Positions 62,713 through 64,000 of a DNA stretch of 64,000 bases are shown here, in pieces. Below the pieces are notes generated by a model. It made no database searches, was not told the DNA's origin, and was given only the letters and a program-made list of their open reading frames with translations. Numbering within the stretch: position 1 is the first letter of the stretch; each line of letters opens with the position of its first letter. The stretch spans positions 64,001 through 128,000 of the forward strand of contig JAXMOL010000002.1 in NCBI GenBank assembly GCA_034669905.1, written 5' to 3'. Source of the DNA: Candidatus Hydrogenedentota bacterium. Its GTDB lineage: Bacteria > Hydrogenedentota > Hydrogenedentia > Hydrogenedentales > JAEUWI01. The translations under genes and the position numbers were made by a program.

Positions 62713-64000
62713 CTATTGCACCATGGCCTTGATGGCGTCGATGCGTTCGATCTTCTCCCGCACGTCCTGCAAGACCGCTTTTTCTTCCTGAAAGGCCAGA
62801 CGCGGCGCCAGGAAAGCCGTCTTCAAATCCTGAAGACTGCCCTGTCGGGCCATCCAGGCCACAGAACGGATGGCGAAAGACAAAATCACCAGTTCCACCG
62901 TCGTGATGATGGCCAGCACCGTGGCGGAATGAATCAAGAAGGACACATCCAGGAAGCGGGCTTCCAGATAGGACTTCACGACAATAAAGGCCGTGTAGCA
63001 CAGGAAGGCCACCGGCGGTGCATCCAGCACGACAGTCGTCAACCACCGGCTCAACCGCCGGGCGCCCTGTTGCACCCGCTCCCGGGCCGGCCCCTTAATC
63101 ACCGAGACCAGCCGCCGGTCCAATTCTTGTTGGAAGGCCGCTTCGCCGGCGCCTTCGCGCACTTCAATACCGGCGCGCACAAAGGTCAGGGCCAGTTCGC
63201 TCTGTTGGGTGCGGTAATATTCCAGGACCCGCTCCGGCGCGATGGTTTCTTCGTGGGGCATGAGGTCATCGCTCGTCAGCAACTCTGCCGCACGCCGTCC
63301 CTCGCTGTTTTTCAGCCCGGCCAACGACAGAAAACTCGGCATCCGCATGGGCAAACTACGCAGCGCATCGACCACGCGATAGCAAATGCCGATATAGCCT
63401 TTGGAGCGCACGCTCGTCTCCCGGCCCACGGCGTAGGTCCAGAGATGGGGCTCGGCAAACAGGTGATTGCTCACAAAACCGAGGCTCTCGCGGGCAAGGG
63501 CTTTGTCCGATTCCTGAATCCCTTTTTCCAACTCCGCCAGGGCGGGCCTGATTTCTTCCGCGATCTCATCGAGGCGCTGTGTCGCCTTCTGGAGGAGTCC
63601 CGCCACGTTGGACCGCTTGATACGCGCGATGCGTTCGCGGTTCAACTCCTGGCGCAAAAACTGGTCCAGGGCCGGGCCGTCGTATTCTTCTTCCTCAGGC
63701 GCACCACCCGCCATCTTGCGATCCAGCGTGCGCAGGGCGTTCACCCGAAAGTAGGGGCCCGTCTCAAAGCCCTGCTCCTTCAGCCGTTCCAGCCAATGCG
63801 CCTTGACCGAAGGATGGGGCCCCGCCTTGGTCTCCACACAGATCATGGCCCGCTGTCCCCGCAATGGACGCAAGAGGGACCAACTGGCTTCGTCCAGGTA
63901 TTTTTCCGTGCTCGCACACAACACGATCAAATCACATTGCTTCAAGACCTCGACGGTGCGCTCCCGGTGAATGTGAGCGATGCTGTCCGAGTCGGGTGTA
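62713..64000 (-). CDS. Membrane-associated GTPase-like protein, 5' end outside the window
   Basis: Open to the window edge: TPDSDS..DLIVLCASTEKY..ETKA resembles G3/G4 regions; coiled coil and two C-terminal TMs. Confidence 0.6.
   Translation of the reverse strand, partial: TPDSDSIAHIHRERTVEVLKQCDLIVLCASTEKYLDEASWSLLRPLRGQRAMICVETKAGPHPSVKAHWLERLKEQGFETGPYFRVNALRTLDRKMAGGAPEEEEYDGPALDQFLRQELNRERIARIKRSNVAGLLQKATQRLDEIAEEIRPALAELEKGIQESDKALARESLGFVSNHLFAEPHLWTYAVGRETSVRSKGYIGICYRVVDALRSLPMRMPSFLSLAGLKNSEGRRAAELLTSDDLMPHEETIAPERVLEYYRTQQSELALTFVRAGIEVREGAGEAAFQQELDRRLVSVIKGPARERVQQGARRLSRWLTTVVLDAPPVAFLCYTAFIVVKSYLEARFLDVSFLIHSATVLAIITTVELVILSFAIRSVAWMARQGSLQDLKTAFLAPRLAFQEEKAVLQDVREKIERIDAIKAMVQ

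Overview
GC-rich bacterial chromosomal window; the gene style suggests Candidatus Hydrogenedentota or a PVC-like lineage, but this is inference only. In order it contains: an alginate-export-type porin; an orphan TAXI protein with a membrane anchor and long tail; pspF divergent from a sigma54-driven, expanded psp operon (PilZ, pspA, three pspB-like, two pspC); tRNA-Gln and tRNA-Glu; a cold-shock gene; a GT2/methyltransferase/polytopic membrane protein trio; pyrR-pyrB-pyrC; a Ser/Thr kinase-WD40 protein; aceE-aceF-lpdA; a small defence islet (HNH nuclease, IS3-split DUF262 gene, HEPN gene); two four-helix-bundle genes embedded in 7-mer and 9-mer repeats; sialidase-like, PQQ dehydrogenase, SGNH and ALDH genes; a PilT-like ATPase; a polysaccharide export operon; 5-oxoprolinase; two TPR genes; and a truncated GTPase. 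Two things stand out. (1) In the export operon a Wza-type Poly_export domain is fused to a complete secretin, next to an ExeA-like ATPase, a TM-TPR protein, Wzc and Wzy. (2) A 610-bp recombinase-free cassette holds a four-helix-bundle gene inside a 36-bp heptamer inverted repeat and sits between two copies of the last 76 bp of the upstream gene that differ only at synonymous sites.
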